Positions 34,851-49,210 of a DNA stretch of 64,000 nt are shown piece after piece. Origin of the DNA: the human T2T-CHM13v2.0 reference genome, Homo sapiens; NCBI RefSeq assembly GCF_009914755.1, contig NC_060925.1; one strand, 5' to 3'. The first letter of the stretch is position 1. The number at the start of each line of letters is the position of its first letter. Both the position numbers and the translations under genes were made by a program. A model generated the notes under the pieces. That model did no database searches. It was not told where the DNA came from and worked only from the letters and a program-made list of their open reading frames with translations.

Positions 34851-35526
34851 TTAAACAGCATTAGGATCTTGTTAGGCCATTTTTTGCTTTAAGAAGAGAG
34901 TAAAGCAACCTAATGGTGTGAGTGAGGCAGGAAACTCTGAAGTACTGAGACAAGACTCCAGGGTCTTCTTTAATTAATTGTATTGGTTTTTTAAAACAGC
35001 CTAAGATTTCCCCCCAGACCCCCAGTGTGCACTCCCCCCTTAGTGTGTGGGCCACTTGGCAGGGCCTAAAGAAGTCTCGGTTTACCTTGAATTTTCCCAA
35101 GGAGTCTCTAATTCTCTGGCTACTTAACAGAATGTGGGAAAGGCTGTTGTCTTTACTGTCCTGGAATATTAGAATCAGGAGAACCATCATAATTCATTTA
35201 ATCATTCAGAAAATATTTACTAAATGCCTGTTATATATGAATGTGTAAGTATGTGTCAGATCGGAGACTGAAAAAAAATCCCAGCCCTTCTGATACTTGT
35301 AATTCCACTGGGGATTATAGATTTAGACAGAAGTGGAGCTATCTACCAAGGATGGTTATATTACCTTTGCTTTTTCCTTATATTCTTTCCTTTGAAGGCT
35401 TAAAAATACTTTTTGGGTGGATAAAATAAAATTTAAGAGTTAATTATTTTTAAATTTGATTGTGAGAGATGGTTATGTTGCTATATTTATTCTGGGCCTG
35501 ATTAAATTATAAGAATCATTGTATAG

Positions 35527-35849
<323 letters not shown>

Positions 35850-35999
35850 TATATTAAGGCAGATGCTCTTAATCCTCTCTCCATGTTGTCCTCTGGAGGA
35901 GCGATGGCTCAGGATAAAGGCCTGACTGTTGTCACAGAATTCTTACTTATAAAATGTATCAATTGATTAATGTATGGATTTCATGCCATTTTAGTCAAT

Positions 36000-37072
36000 A
36001 CTTCAATATATATAATACTCCTATATATTATATAAATATATATTTATAATAAATGTATATATTTAGGTTATATAGGTTAAATATAAATATATATTATGTA
36101 TTTATAAATATATAAATATATAAATACATAATATATACTGTAATATAGAAATATGTGTTTATATAATATATTAATATATATTAATAAACATTTTATAAAT
36201 ATATAGTATATAATATATGTTACTCTAAATATACTATATATTAAATATATTTATTACATATAATCTATTAATATATCTATATAAATATATGTATATATTA
36301 TATTCATAAATATATATTAAATGTATATCCTTATCTATATTTAATAAGGATATATATTTACCCAGTTGTGCCACTTTGAGGAATTTTTCCAAGGAAATAC
36401 TGAAATAGATAAATATATATCTATTTTAATCTATATATATTCTTATATATTTATTATATATTCATATTAAATATATATTATATATTCACATTCAATATCT
36501 ATATATTTATTATATATTCATATTCAATATTTATATATTTATTATATATTCGTATTCAATATTTATGTATTTATTATATATTCATATTAAATATTTATAT
36601 ATTTATTATATATTTGTATTAAATACTTATATATTATATATTCATATTAAATATTTATATATTATATATTCATATTAAATATATATTTATTGTATATTCA
36701 TATTAGATATTTATATATTATATACATATTAGATATTTATATATTTATTATATATTCATATTAGATATTTATATATTTATTATATATTCATATTAGATAT
36801 TTATATATTTATTATATATTCATATTAGATATTTATATATTATATATTCACATTATTTATATATTTAATATATCTTTATATTGAATATTTATATATTTAA
36901 TATATATTGAATATTTATATTGAATATATATTGAATATTTATATTTAATATATATATTGAATATATATATTCTATATATATTGAATATATATTTAATATA
37001 TATTTATATTGAATATTTATATATTTAATATATATTTATATTGAATATTTATATATTTATTAAATATATATA
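36000..37072. repeat. AT-rich low-complexity / minisatellite array (units about 28-32 bp)
   Basis: Almost pure A/T; period 32 (TTCATATTAGATATTTATATATTTATTATATA) at 36755, 36787 and 36819. Confidence 0.95.
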
Positions 37073-37122
37073 AGATGAGTGGATGGAAGAGAGGTAGAAA
37101 CTCCCTTATAGAAAACCATGAA

Positions 37123-37425
37123 TTTTATTTTATTTTTTGAGACAGGGTCTGGCTCTGTCACCGAGGCTGAATTTAATGGCTGGTTCACAGCTCACTGCAC
37201 CCTCAACCTCCCAGGTGCAAGCAATCCTCCCATCTCAGCCTCCAGAGTAGCTGGGACTACAGGTTGGCGCCACCACACCCAGCTAATTTTTTGTATTTTT
37301 TTTGTAGAGATGGGGTCTCATCTTGCCATATTGCTCAGGCTGGTCTTAAACTCCTTGAGCTCAAGAGATCCTCCTGCCTCGGCCTCCCAAATTGCTGGGA
37401 TTACAGGTGTGACCCACCACACCCC
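37123..37425 (-). mobile_element. Alu (J-like)
   Basis: Diverged reverse Alu. Confidence 0.9.
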
Positions 37426-37439
37426 ATGACATTTTTGAA

Positions 37440-38500
37440 AACAAAAAAGTACTGAATAGTCTTACCCTACCAGATATTAATATACCATACATTATAGAGC
37501 CGTAGTTATTGAGCTTATGTGGTACTGGCGCCAAAATCAACAGACAGTTACGTGAAATAGAATAGATAGGCCTGATAGAAACTCCAGTGCAATTAGAATT
37601 TGGTTATGTATTAAAGGAAGCATAAAAATTGTTAAACAACTAGTGCTAGAACAACTGGGTAAAGATTTGGGAAAAATTATATCTTCATCTCTTACCACAT
37701 ATCAAATTTTAGATAAAAAGGTAAATACTAACAAAGGCTTAAAAAACAGAAGAAAATAAAAATGAATATATTTTTAATTTTTATTGTTTTATTTTATTTT
37801 TATTTTTTGAGATGGGGTCTCACTCTGTCACCCATGGTGGAGTACAGTGGTGCGATCTCAGCTCACCTCAGTCTGCTTCATGGGCTCCAGGTGATTCCAC
37901 CTCAGCCTCCTAAGTAGCTAGGACTACAGGTGTGGGCTACCACACCTGGGTAATTTTTGTATTTTTTGTAGTGACGGGGTTTCACCGTGTTGCCCAGGCT
38001 GGTCTTGAACTCCTGAGCTCAAGCATTTCACCTGCCTTGGCCTCCCAAAGTGCTGGGATTACAGATGTGAGTCACCATGCCTAGCTGAATATATTTTTTA
38101 CACTTTTAAATCTTAGTAGACAATTTTCAGACTGTCTAATAACATTAGATGTGTTCAACCTCACTAGTTTCCAAGGAAATGCAAATTAAAATAATGAGAT
38201 CTATTTAAGCTAGCAGATTAGCAAAGGTTAAAAAAAATTCGGCATTGTCAGAGGTGTGAGGAAATAGGTAATTTCATAGTCGAGTGATAAGAATATAAAT
38301 TGGCATAACTTGTCTGCAAAGCAATTTGGCAAGTCTTTTCAAAGTTTGTAACTATTGATCCAATTATGCCACTTTGAGGAATTTATTCCAAGGAAATACT
38401 GAGAAACTCTAAATTTTATATAAAAGGACATTTATCATTGTCTTATCTATAACAACAAATAAATAACTTAACAGTAAGTGGAGGGTTAAATGAAGAAATC
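37440..38500 (+). mobile_element. Very old L1 (L1ME-like) ORF2 3' fragments
   Basis: TGTGGTACTGGC...AATAGAATAGA; GGAAATGCAAATTAAAATAATGAGAT; GCAATTTGGCAA. Confidence 0.6.
37780..38087 (-). mobile_element. Alu (J-like)
   Basis: Diverged reverse Alu; TSD TGAATATATTTTT. Confidence 0.9.
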
Positions 38501-39410
38501 AAGTTATAATCCTAAATTTAAAAATCTGATGGGTTTCTAATTTAAAATATATATATATATATTTACAGATACAGGTGTAGGTATAGAATAGACAGATTAA
38601 AAAAGGCTACTCTTAAATATTAAGAGTAGAGATGAGTGAGCAGATTACTGGTTATTCTTATGGTCTTTAAAATTTTCCAATTTCTCTATAATTTATACTA
38701 TTAGATTCACATATGTGTTGAAGTTGATTTAAAAATATTAACCTGTTCTTGTCTTTTTATATTTATATTATTTCACCCAAAGTATTTGAAAAATCTGTTT
38801 TTCAAGGTGCATATAGGAAGGGGTCATTCCTGGTCCCCATCAATATCCTTGGCTTATTCTTGGGGACAGGCACAGGCCGAACCCTGACCAAAGCAGCAAG
38901 AAATTAAGAATTCAGGGATGCTTGCTTCGTTCATATTTAGTACCAAGCCATTCACTCTTCCCTTCGTCTTCATTTCTCTGGCTTCTGTGTATGCCATCAA
39001 GTAAACTGTCCTTTTGGTGTCTAATCTTTACCTAATACAGGAATGATCATTTCCTTAACTTCTCTGTTTTCTGAGAGGACTAATTAATTATTCCTTTTCA
39101 TTATTTTATAACTGGCAAGTTACAAAACTAACTTGACTGCAGCTTCTGGTGCCACACAGTAAGAATGTTTACTTGGTGTGTGCTTGTTCTTAGCTGGCCT
39201 CAGCTGAGTCACCAGCAACCTTGGGCCTGAACACCTGCCCCAATGCACTCCCCTGGTGCTTCATCATGGGCCTTCCACGTGAGAGCTGGATATGGCTCAA
39301 AAGAACCAGATTTCTTGGGCTATGAGAGGGAACTACAAAGAGGAAGAAAGCGATAATAAAGGAAAAGAACCTGTGGAAGGAGAGCGAAAGGCACGGGGAC
39401 ACATGCACCA

Positions 39411-39414
<4 letters not shown>

Positions 39415-39452
<38 letters not shown>
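39415..39452. repeat. (CA)n microsatellite
   Basis: About 19 pure CA units. Confidence 0.95.
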
Positions 39453-39456
<4 letters not shown>

Positions 39457-39754
39457 TTTCAACCGTGGCTCTGAAATGGTGTGATGGATAGTGGGTGAAA
39501 CCTCTGTTCTCATTACACATCTGCCTTCATTAAAGGCTACCAGCGGAATAGCAATCCTATTGGTTTACCGGTTTGGCCTTAGAGTGTGGATGGCCTTAGC
39601 ACTTCCGGAAGCAGCCACAGGTCCCATGCCTGTGAGCCTTCCCTGGAGCTATGTGCTGTGCACCACGCTGAACACGAGATGGCAGTATTACTACATCTGC
39701 GTTCCAACACACAGCCATCCTCGGTTCCCACACACAGGGCCTGATGCAAACTGA

Positions 39755-39825
39755 ACACACACACACCACACACACACCACACACACACACACCACACACA
39801 CACCACACACACACACACACACACA
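39755..39825. repeat. Interrupted (CA)n microsatellite
   Basis: CA runs broken by CC steps. Confidence 0.9.
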
Positions 39826-39917
39826 GCTGTCCCCCAAATAAAATAATGACACTTCGCCTATCGTCAAGTGGGACCTGTGTTTGAGACTGAGTTTGCCGCC
39901 TCCGTGGGAGTCAAAGG

Positions 39918-40851
39918 CAGGACAGGCTATGTGATTTGTAGGGCCCAGTGCAAAAGGAAAATGTAGGGCCTCTTGTTCAAAAAGCAGGGAAAAAAGTGCT
40001 GCTAAAGGTAGTAAAATATGAAGCCTCTTCCTTTCTTTCCTGGACTCTGGACTTGTTATGGGATTTTTAAATTTTCTATTAATGTTCTAAGTAAAGAAAA
40101 ACAAAATCATTAAATGTACTTTTAAATCATTAGCATCAATTTTACCACTCATCGTCATATTGGGGAATGCCAGTTCACCGTGCAAATGTAAGAGCATTTA
40201 ACTCATAGGCAGAATCAGTGAAATTATACAATTTTTATTTTGTTGCTTGTATATGCCTTTGTGTTTTGTTCTTACCAGAACAGTGAAAATATTGCATAAA
40301 ACTAACTCAGTTGCTTTTATTTTACTTCTTGATCCACGTGCATTCTACCAGCACCTTCTGACTTTGGCTTACTCATGAGTAAGAGAGGACTGAAAGGAAA
40401 AGGAACTATTGTCCTTTTAGAATGTCAACACCTTCATGTATAGGAAGCAAGTTCTAGTGGCCTCTTGGGGTTGCCAGTGCCCCAGCTGACTCAGTCATAG
40501 ACATAGTACTCTTACCTTGGACTCGCTTTGAGTCCCATTAATCTCCCATACATCATGGGGCCACCAGAATTCCATGTGGATGGGGCATCATACAAAGGGA
40601 GCAGCAAGGAACGATGGGCACATGTGTCCCCTCTGCTCATGCAGATGTTCCATTGTCCCACTGGACCTCACTTACAAGACACAAATTCAAAAACATAATG
40701 ATTCAGAATTTCAAGATAGTGACAGTAGAACATTAAACCAAGCACAGGGCTCTCCTGAAGGCATGGGGATACATGCACAGACACACACAAACACACAAGA
40801 ACGGCAGGGGCTGTGTGACACATGAGTGACATACCTGCAAAGCCAGCCCAG
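39918..40851 (-). mobile_element. MER45-family hAT-Tip100 DNA transposon relic
   Basis: Ends match MER45 termini: CAGGACAGGCTATGTGATTTGTAGGGCCCAGTGCAAAA...CTTGTTCAAAAA and ...TTCAAGATAGTGACAGTAGAACATTAAACCAAGCACAGGG...AAGCCAGCCC. Confidence 0.75.
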
Positions 40852-40974
40852 GTCACAGGCTCTCATGATCTCAGCCACTTGCATTTTCCCAGTCCACACT
40901 TATATCTCCAATGAGCCTTTTCGCCCAGGTGCCAGAGCTCCTTCAACTCCACGTGTACCAATCTGAGCTAGTAA

Positions 40975-41470
40975 GCATCCATTCCTTCAGCAAACATTTA
41001 TTGAACGTTCCTGTTACATGTCAGATACTGTTCTAGGAGCTGGGGATACAGCAGGATACACAGTCCCTGCCCTCATGGAGCTTACACTGTAGTGGAGAAA
41101 GGGGAAGAGCCATTCACAAATCAATAATTATGTGTCAAATGGAGACATGCTATGAAGAGAAAAGCAGAGTAAAAAGAGCATTATGGTAGGAGATACTGTT
41201 ACCTAATGTGGTCAGAGAAGGGCTCTCTGATGAGCCAGCATTTGAACAGAGACCTTAAGGGTGTGAGGGAGTGAGCTAGGAGGCTCTGGGGGAAGGACAT
41301 CCAGGCAAAAGGAATGGCAGCTGTGGAGGCTGAGTGGGGTGTGTGCATGGTGTGTCTGAGGGGGAACAGGGAGGCAGCAGCTGGAGCCAAGTGAGTGAGA
41401 GGAAGAAGGTAGGTGAGGTGAGAACACTGGGGGCACAGGGGGAGCCCATGTAAGGCCTTGCGTTCCCACA
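40975..41470 (-). mobile_element. L2 3' end
   Basis: CATTCCTTCAGCAAACATTTATTGAA...CCCTGCCCTCATGGAGCTTACA... Confidence 0.8.
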
Positions 41471-41929
41471 TAAACTTCAGTAAAAACTGTCTCCTCCAGA
41501 TTGCCCCCTTTGTTCTAAAGGCCTTATGTCTTGACGAATGGCCTCACTGGGAATAGGAGTCACCTTTGGCTCCTTTTCTCTCATGTCTTTAGCCAGACCT
41601 CTTGCTCCAGCTACTGCCTGGCTGACCACTTCCAAGCAGGCTGCTACCAGCTTAGTCCAGCTGCAGTGACACTCACCTTGGGTTCACATCAGGAACCTCT
41701 CATGCCTTGCCCTGGGGCTTCTTTGGTGTTGGTATGGACACCTGAGGAGCCAGGAGCCTGCTCAGCTGTCATGTATGCATAGCTTCAAGTGCAGGGGGAG
41801 TGATGCCCATGGGGACACCCTAAACCAATGGAGATGGAAGCCAAGGGATAACACATTTCATAAGGCTCCTTGGAAGGCCTTAGCGAGACATCAAGCTCCA
41901 GTCAGCCGCAGCAGTTGCTAACTTAGTAG

Positions 41930-42350
<421 letters not shown>

Positions 42351-43849
42351 GATTCTTCTTTTGTGGGTGGTGGGAAGAATTCAGGCTCAGATAAAAAATA
42401 TCCCTTCCCACCGATCATCCAAATCTTGTTGATTCTACTTCAAATTGTTTATTTAATTTTTCCCATTCGTGCTCCCACTCCCCTAGTTCAGACCCTCTTC
42501 ATCTCTTCTCTGTACTAGGACCAACTGGACTCTTACCTGCTGTTTTGCCTCTCCCTTTTCTTTTTTTTTAAACTTAACCCATCATCTCTCCCACAAAAGC
42601 ATTCATCCTTTTCTGCTGCCAAAGTGAAGTTTCTAGGACTACAACTACTCATTTCTGGTAGCTACTTATCACCTACAAAATAAAGTTTAAACCCCTTAAC
42701 ATGATGTTATGATTGCTGTCAATGCCTGCAGCACCGTGATTTTCCATCTCTCCCCATAAACACCTCTGACCACCTTGGATTGTTCATCTGTTTCCCCTTC
42801 AGTGGTTCTTCCTCTCGAAGCCTTTCTTTCTGCCAGCCTTTCCATTCAGTCCCCTTTAGTTCATCAAATGCTTAATTGAACACAGGCACATACCAGTTCC
42901 TGTCACCCAAGGAGGTGAGGAGCAGGTGACAAGATAGGGGAGGTAGTGTTGCAGAATATGTCACATGTCAACACAGTCCCATGTAAATGTTTTAGTTAGC
43001 TTGCCTGAGTTTAGGGACCTGAGTGCGCTTTTTCGTCAGGCTGGAATCACTGCAGGGGTTTTGGTAAGGAGAAAGGACATTTTTCTTTTGCAGAACTTGA
43101 GATCACGTGGAAAAATATGGCTCTGAGGGGGGGTAAATTTATGGAAAGTCATCTTTACATTAATTATCAAAGCTGATGTCTAAATAAAGACAATGCGATT
43201 GACATTTTGCACATTTTAAATTAGTAGTAGTGGATATAGCACTCAATTTTCACTTACTATTCCTGACTTCAAAAAAAGAAGTGTTAAATTTTCTTTCCTG
43301 CAATCTCGAGATGCTTGCTTATTTGTTTTGATTTGTTGCAGATAATATGCATGCAGAGAGGTTTTCCTTTTCTGAGTCTCATTTTCCATCCACATATTCA
43401 ATGTCTTCTTGCCTTGCAGACTTAGGATTGTTGATTTTCCACCCCTCTAGTTCTGCCTGCCGGGCCACTGGCTACAGTGTGCAGGTTGGGATCATAGGAC
43501 TGTGACTGGCCCAGGGGGCACATGGGCCTGACTCTCAGCCCATGAGGTTTGCCAGGTTGGGCTCCCTGGCTTGTGGCTGCATTACATTTTTATAATTCTG
43601 TCATGATTCAGAGATGTTAAGTAAGTTGGTGCTTGAGATAGAAAGGTTTAGGACAATCTTATTTAACCAATGAGGCCCAGCTCAGTGGGTAATTGTCAGC
43701 CCTTCTACCCAGCTCCTGGGGTTTATCGCCTCAGGCATGGCCCTGGTATCTGTGTGCAGAAGCACACCTGTCAACTCCTCTTTCCCATCTTAGCAACCTC
43801 CTTCCTCTCAGGCCAATTCCCAGTGCTAAGAACCTGGTTACCCTTCCTC

Positions 43850-44275
43850 CTTGTGTTTCCAGCAGCTACAATAACAAATTGTCACGAAACATTATCCTCT
43901 CACATTTCTGGAGGTCAGAAGTCCAAAGCCAGGCTGGCAGCAGGGCTGCGCTCCCTCCAAAGGCTCTAGGGGAGAACGCTGTCTTGCCTCTTCCTCCTCC
44001 AGCCTCTGGTGACTGCTGATGTTCCTTTGCTTGTGGCAGCAGCATCCAATCTGTGCTTCTGTCCTCACCCAGCCTGCTTTCCTGTGTGTGACTCTGTGTT
44101 CTTTTCTGTCTCTGAATAGAACCTTCTCATTTAGGGCCCATCCTAATCCAGCATGATTGTATTTCAATCTTTACCCTCATCATGTTTTAATGACCTGACT
44201 TTCAAATAGGGTCACATTCTAAGGCTGTGAGTGACATGACTTTGGAGTGGACGTCATTCACTCCACCATACTCAT
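43850..44275 (-). mobile_element. MLT1-type MaLR LTR
   Basis: ATAACAAATTGTCAC...TTCTGGAGGTCAGAAGTCCAAAG...TTAGGGCCCATCCTAATCCAG...GTCACATTCT. Confidence 0.8.
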
Positions 44276-44999
44276 CTACTTTATCTTTGTCAAGACTTCA
44301 ATGCAAACACATCTACTTCTTATACCCCCTGTTTTACCTCCTTTTCCTATTTTCAACTCCCCATTCCTTTTTTCCTCATTTACCCCTTTAAGAATGACTT
44401 ATAATTTGTGTGCACAAGATTTGACAATTCTGCATTTCTGAAGAGATGTACAAAGGTAAGCACATATTTATTAGAATTTCATATAGAATCAGAGGGAAGT
44501 CAGAGTCAGGAAAGGAGGGACTGATCTATTCATATACAATTCTTTTAGTATTATATTTGTATTAATTTCCTCAACCCATTTGAAAGTTCCCTAAGGAAAT
44601 GTGTGGTTTTCAACTTAATATGCAAGTTCCTAGCAGAGTGTCTGGTATGTAGTAGGTGCTCATAAATTAGAATGAGATGAGTCAACTTCTTACCTTTGGC
44701 CGTGTCCTAACCAAACATTGCCAAACTAAATGGGAAAGGACTGGACAGGCACAAAATTCTCTCTTCGTTGCTCATGGACTTGCCCCTCAAGTCCAGCCTC
44801 TATGGATACAACCTGCTAGTCTAGTATTGTAGAAGAAAATGCACTTTGATCTCACTTTTCTCCAGCATAGCAAAGACCACACTTAGAGTGATGATGGGGA
44901 TAACTTTTTCTGTCTTTCAGAGGAGAGGAGCAAAAGTATCCTCAAGAGGACAATAGGGGGCATGAAGGGCTTTCATGAGCCTCTCTAAAACACAGTTGT

Positions 45000-45345
<346 letters not shown>

Positions 45346-47121
45346 CTAGTAAGAAAGCCAAGTCCAGAGGCCAGAGGTGAAGCCCGACCTCTGTGTTTCT
45401 AACATCAAGGATGCTGCCCTGCCCAGGACCAACACCCAGCAAACTTTGGATGATGTCAATAAGGTGATGTTCACCAACATCTTCAACAGCGGGCTGAAAG
45501 CCAAGCAGACATGGTCACTCTGCAGTCCTCTGGAAGGCCCAAGAGAGCCCTTGCCACTACCTGAATAGATGAGGACCTCCGGAGCTACCTGGCCTTTGTG
45601 GATTCCAGACCTCCTGCATCAGCCGAGCTCCAGGAGAGCCCCAGCAGCGCTCTCTTTTCCTGCTGCCTCGGTGCTCAAGATGATGGTCTTTTTGAGTGTC
45701 CAGCTGATTCTGTTGCTCACTTACCATTGTGTGGGTGCCTCTCTCATCCCTTGCCCAAGGAAAGCCTACACTTTGAGGTTTTGAATCTCTCTCAGTGACC
45801 TTCAAGGCACTCCCTCCCAGCTGCCTGTGGCCCAGGCTGAAACACAATGTTTCATGTGGTTTCAGGGATGAGGTCACACCCATTTTCTTTGCAATATCCT
45901 TAACAAATTTTCATTTGCGGGAAATAAAGAGTAGATAGGAAAGCAGCCTTTTCTTTCACATCATTTCTCCTTATTCTCTTTTCTTTTTCGTCTTCCTGGT
46001 TTTTCTAAATTCCAACGCCATCTAATGAAAAGGGAAAATGTTACTAATAGCAATTTAGCTTAAGTGCATTGCTTTTAGTAGCCATGGGGACAAAAATATC
46101 AAAGAGCCATAAGTTAATAGGATTCAAGAGTAGAAAACTTCTGCAAAGCTACAGGGCACATCCTGATGATACCAGCACAAAGCTGATGTCCCTTTTCTGC
46201 AGAAGATACACAGTACAGGTGAGCCTGCAGGTCACCCGGCAGCCCTAGAGCAGTAGAAGTATGTATCATGTTATTATGTCTGTAGTCCATGCTGGGGCCT
46301 GGGAAGGAGCCAGAGACAGCATGTTCCCTTTACATTCCATGTTTGCCAAAAAGACCCTCTCCACAGCTTTCTCCCAGGGCCTGATCTAGAAAACCCAGAG
46401 ATCCTTAAGTTCCACCCATCCCTTGCCTTCAGGCTAACTGCTGCTAGAGTAAGAAAAATGTCCCTGAATGTGCCTCGTCTCCTGCTGGGAGTATCACTTG
46501 TCAGTCAAATCAGGTGAATTAGCATTTTGTCCCGATTTACTTTAGAAAAGAAAATGAAAACTATCTCTAGATGCATTTTTGTATCCTTTGCTTTGTGTTG
46601 TCAATAAAGAGCTAAAATAATTTTTCTGTGTTATTCACTAATTGTTTCCTGTTTTGTCTCTGAGGGTGGAATTCATGCCATAATACTTTCTGGGGTTTCT
46701 CACAGCACACAGCACAAGCCTGAGGCACATCGTAGGCATTCAGCATTCAGTAAACCCCTTTTTGATCAAATGGTTTACAGGATTGAGTTCTACTTGCTGG
46801 ACCTCTGCTTTCGGTATTCCATTTGGGTTTTTTTTTTCCTCTCCCTTGGATATAATTCATAGTGAATTGATACCCTTGGTATCTCTGTTCTATATGAGGA
46901 GAAGAAGAGAGAAAAAAAATATGATGGTAACTACCTAAATCACTCAATTTCCATACGACACAAGCTGCGGGGTCATGTTTTAATGTTCATTAGAATCCTG
47001 TACAGCACTGAGAAATCTAGTGTTAATTTCTTAAATGATACATGAAGAAGAAACTATCATGAATGCATTTACTCCTCTCATAGGACTACAGATCAATACT
47101 TTGTTAATATTGACTTCCTTC

Positions 47122-47495
47122 TGTATTAGTCCATTCTCACGCTGCTATAAAGGACTGCCCGAGACTGGGTAATTATAAAGGAAAGAGCTTTAATTGACTC
47201 GTAGTACTGCAGGGCTGGGGAGGCCTCAGGAAACTTAGAATCATGGTGGAAGGGGAAGCAAACACATCCTCCTTCACATGATGGCAAGAAGGAGAAGTGC
47301 CGAGCAAAAGGGGGAAAAGCCCCTAATAAAATCATCAGATCTCATGAGAACTCACTCACTATCATGAAAACAGCATGAGGGTAATCACCCCCGTGATTCA
47401 ATTACCTCCCACCGGGTCACTCTCATGACACATGAGGATTATGGGAACTACAGTTCAAAATGAGATTTGGGTGGGGATGCAGCCAAACCATATTA
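47122..47495 (-). mobile_element. THE1-family solo LTR (ERVL-MaLR)
   Basis: TGTATTAGTCCATTCTCACGCTGCTATAAAGGACTGCCCGAGACTGGG...AGCCAAACCATATTA; 5-bp TSD C(C/G)TTC. Confidence 0.92.
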
Positions 47496-48097
47496 CGTTC
47501 TATTACAGGGAGTGCTAATTTTTCTCTCCCTCTAGAAATGTAAACTCCATAAGGGCAGGGATGATGATGAAGAGTCTATGCTATTTTGTTCAATTCTGTA
47601 TCCCCAGTTCATAGAACAATCCCTAGCACAATGGTATGCACACACAATAAATATTTGTGGAAAGACTGAATAGGATTTATGTTATGTGTGGTATAATCTT
47701 ACAGATTATGGTAATCAGCAAAGTAGAAATTAGACTCATCTCATATGTCTGAAATCTGTCCTTGGGGTTTGACATCAGGCTGTGACTCCCACTTGGGTTT
47801 GAGTTGGGATTCTGTACAAAACCTCAGCCCCATGCTTTAGGTAACCACAGGGTCTGCTTCTGGAAGAGAAGAAGTGTTTCAGTAATGAAGGGAAATGGTG
47901 ACCCATAGGAAAAGCTGATGTAATGGAGATGAGGGAACAGACCCACACGTGGATACTTCCCTACTGAATACATTTGTGTATGTGGATGTCCATAGCTACC
48001 ACAGAGGCCGTTCACAGTGTCCTCTTTCTCCCCTTTGCCTCACTTGGTTATTCTTTACCCCTCTATAGTAATAGTTTGAGTTTTGATTCATGTTGAT

Positions 48098-48373
48098 TTT
48101 ATTTATTGACAGAGTCTCACGGTGTCACCCAGGCTAAAGTGCAATGGCATGATCATGGCTCACTGCAGCCTCAACCTCCCTAGGCTCAGGTGATCCTCCC
48201 ACCTCAGTCTCCCAAGTGGCTGGGACATGCCTGGCTAACTTTTGTATTTTTTTGTAGAGACAGGATTTCTCCATGTTGCCCAGGCTGGTCTCGAACACCT
48301 GGGCTCAAGTCATCTGCCCACCTCAGCCTCCCAAAGTGCTGGGATTGCAGGTGTGAGCCACTGTGCCTGGCCC
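48098..48373 (-). mobile_element. Alu (J-like)
   Basis: Reverse Alu; TSD CATGTTGATTTT. Confidence 0.9.
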
Positions 48374-48999
48374 ATGTTGATTTTAATACTTAGAAAGAAT
48401 CAAAGAAGATTGACACTAGTCACTGTTAATGATGTTTTTTGGGTTACTACATCTTAGTCATCTTTGTTTCCTCTGAGAACATATAGACCTCTCAGATATA
48501 GACATGGGTTTGTTAACCTTGCAGTGCACTAATGAGGCTGAAAGATCATCAGCTCCATTTTTCAGATGGTGAGACCAAAGCACAAACACTTACCTGGGGC
48601 CAAGAAAGCCTGTTCTGCTATTATGGTCTTTTATCCTGGTGCCCAGGCCTTCTTGACCTCGTATTGCCAGAATGCAGTAGGATTTTGACTTGTCCCTACT
48701 ATCTGATGGAGAAAAGGATGAGTCCCATGGTTCTAACAGTATCTTTTTTTTATGCTGTACATTTATTATCACTGGAATAAAAGCCTGGGCAAAAGATACC
48801 AACTATAAAGCTCTTTGAATTTAGTACTTGTCAGTCCCTACAGGGAAACAGAGGGTGTCAGAGAAAAATGAACCGGTGGAGATTATGCAGCCTCAAAAGG
48901 TTTTTAAATAATGAGCGATCTCTGGTCTATACATTACAGTGTAAATTCCAGATGCTTGAATTTTCAAGTTTTCAGTCCTGAGGGTGGGATGTAGTATGA

Positions 49000-49210
49000 G
49001 TTACAGACTCTGGAGCCAGACTGTGTTGGCTCGACCATCTGCTTGCCCTGGGACCTTGAGCAAGTTACACGACCCCTCTGTGTGTAAGAGTCTAAACCTG
49101 CAATACTCCTCACCTCACTGGGCTGCTGTGGGGATTAAAGGATTTAGCAAAATTCATACTTAAAGCACTTAAAATAGCAACTAGCACACAGTGAGTATTG
49201 AACAAATGCT
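49000..49210. mobile_element. MIR
   Basis: CAGACTCTGGAGCCAGACTG...GACCTTGAGCAAGTTAC...AAAGCACTTA...GCACACAGTGAG. Confidence 0.75.

Noticed and set aside
36445-37065. Regularly spaced repeats resembling a CRISPR-like array
   Set aside because: No unique spacers, no cas genes, eukaryotic context; it is an AT minisatellite.
39190-39824. Cys/Val- or His/Thr-rich ORFs
   Set aside because: Translations of (CA)n microsatellites.
44806-44822. ATACAACCTGCTAGTCT resembling a let-7 complement
   Set aside because: No seed match (CTACCTC absent), no hairpin and intergenic; chance similarity.
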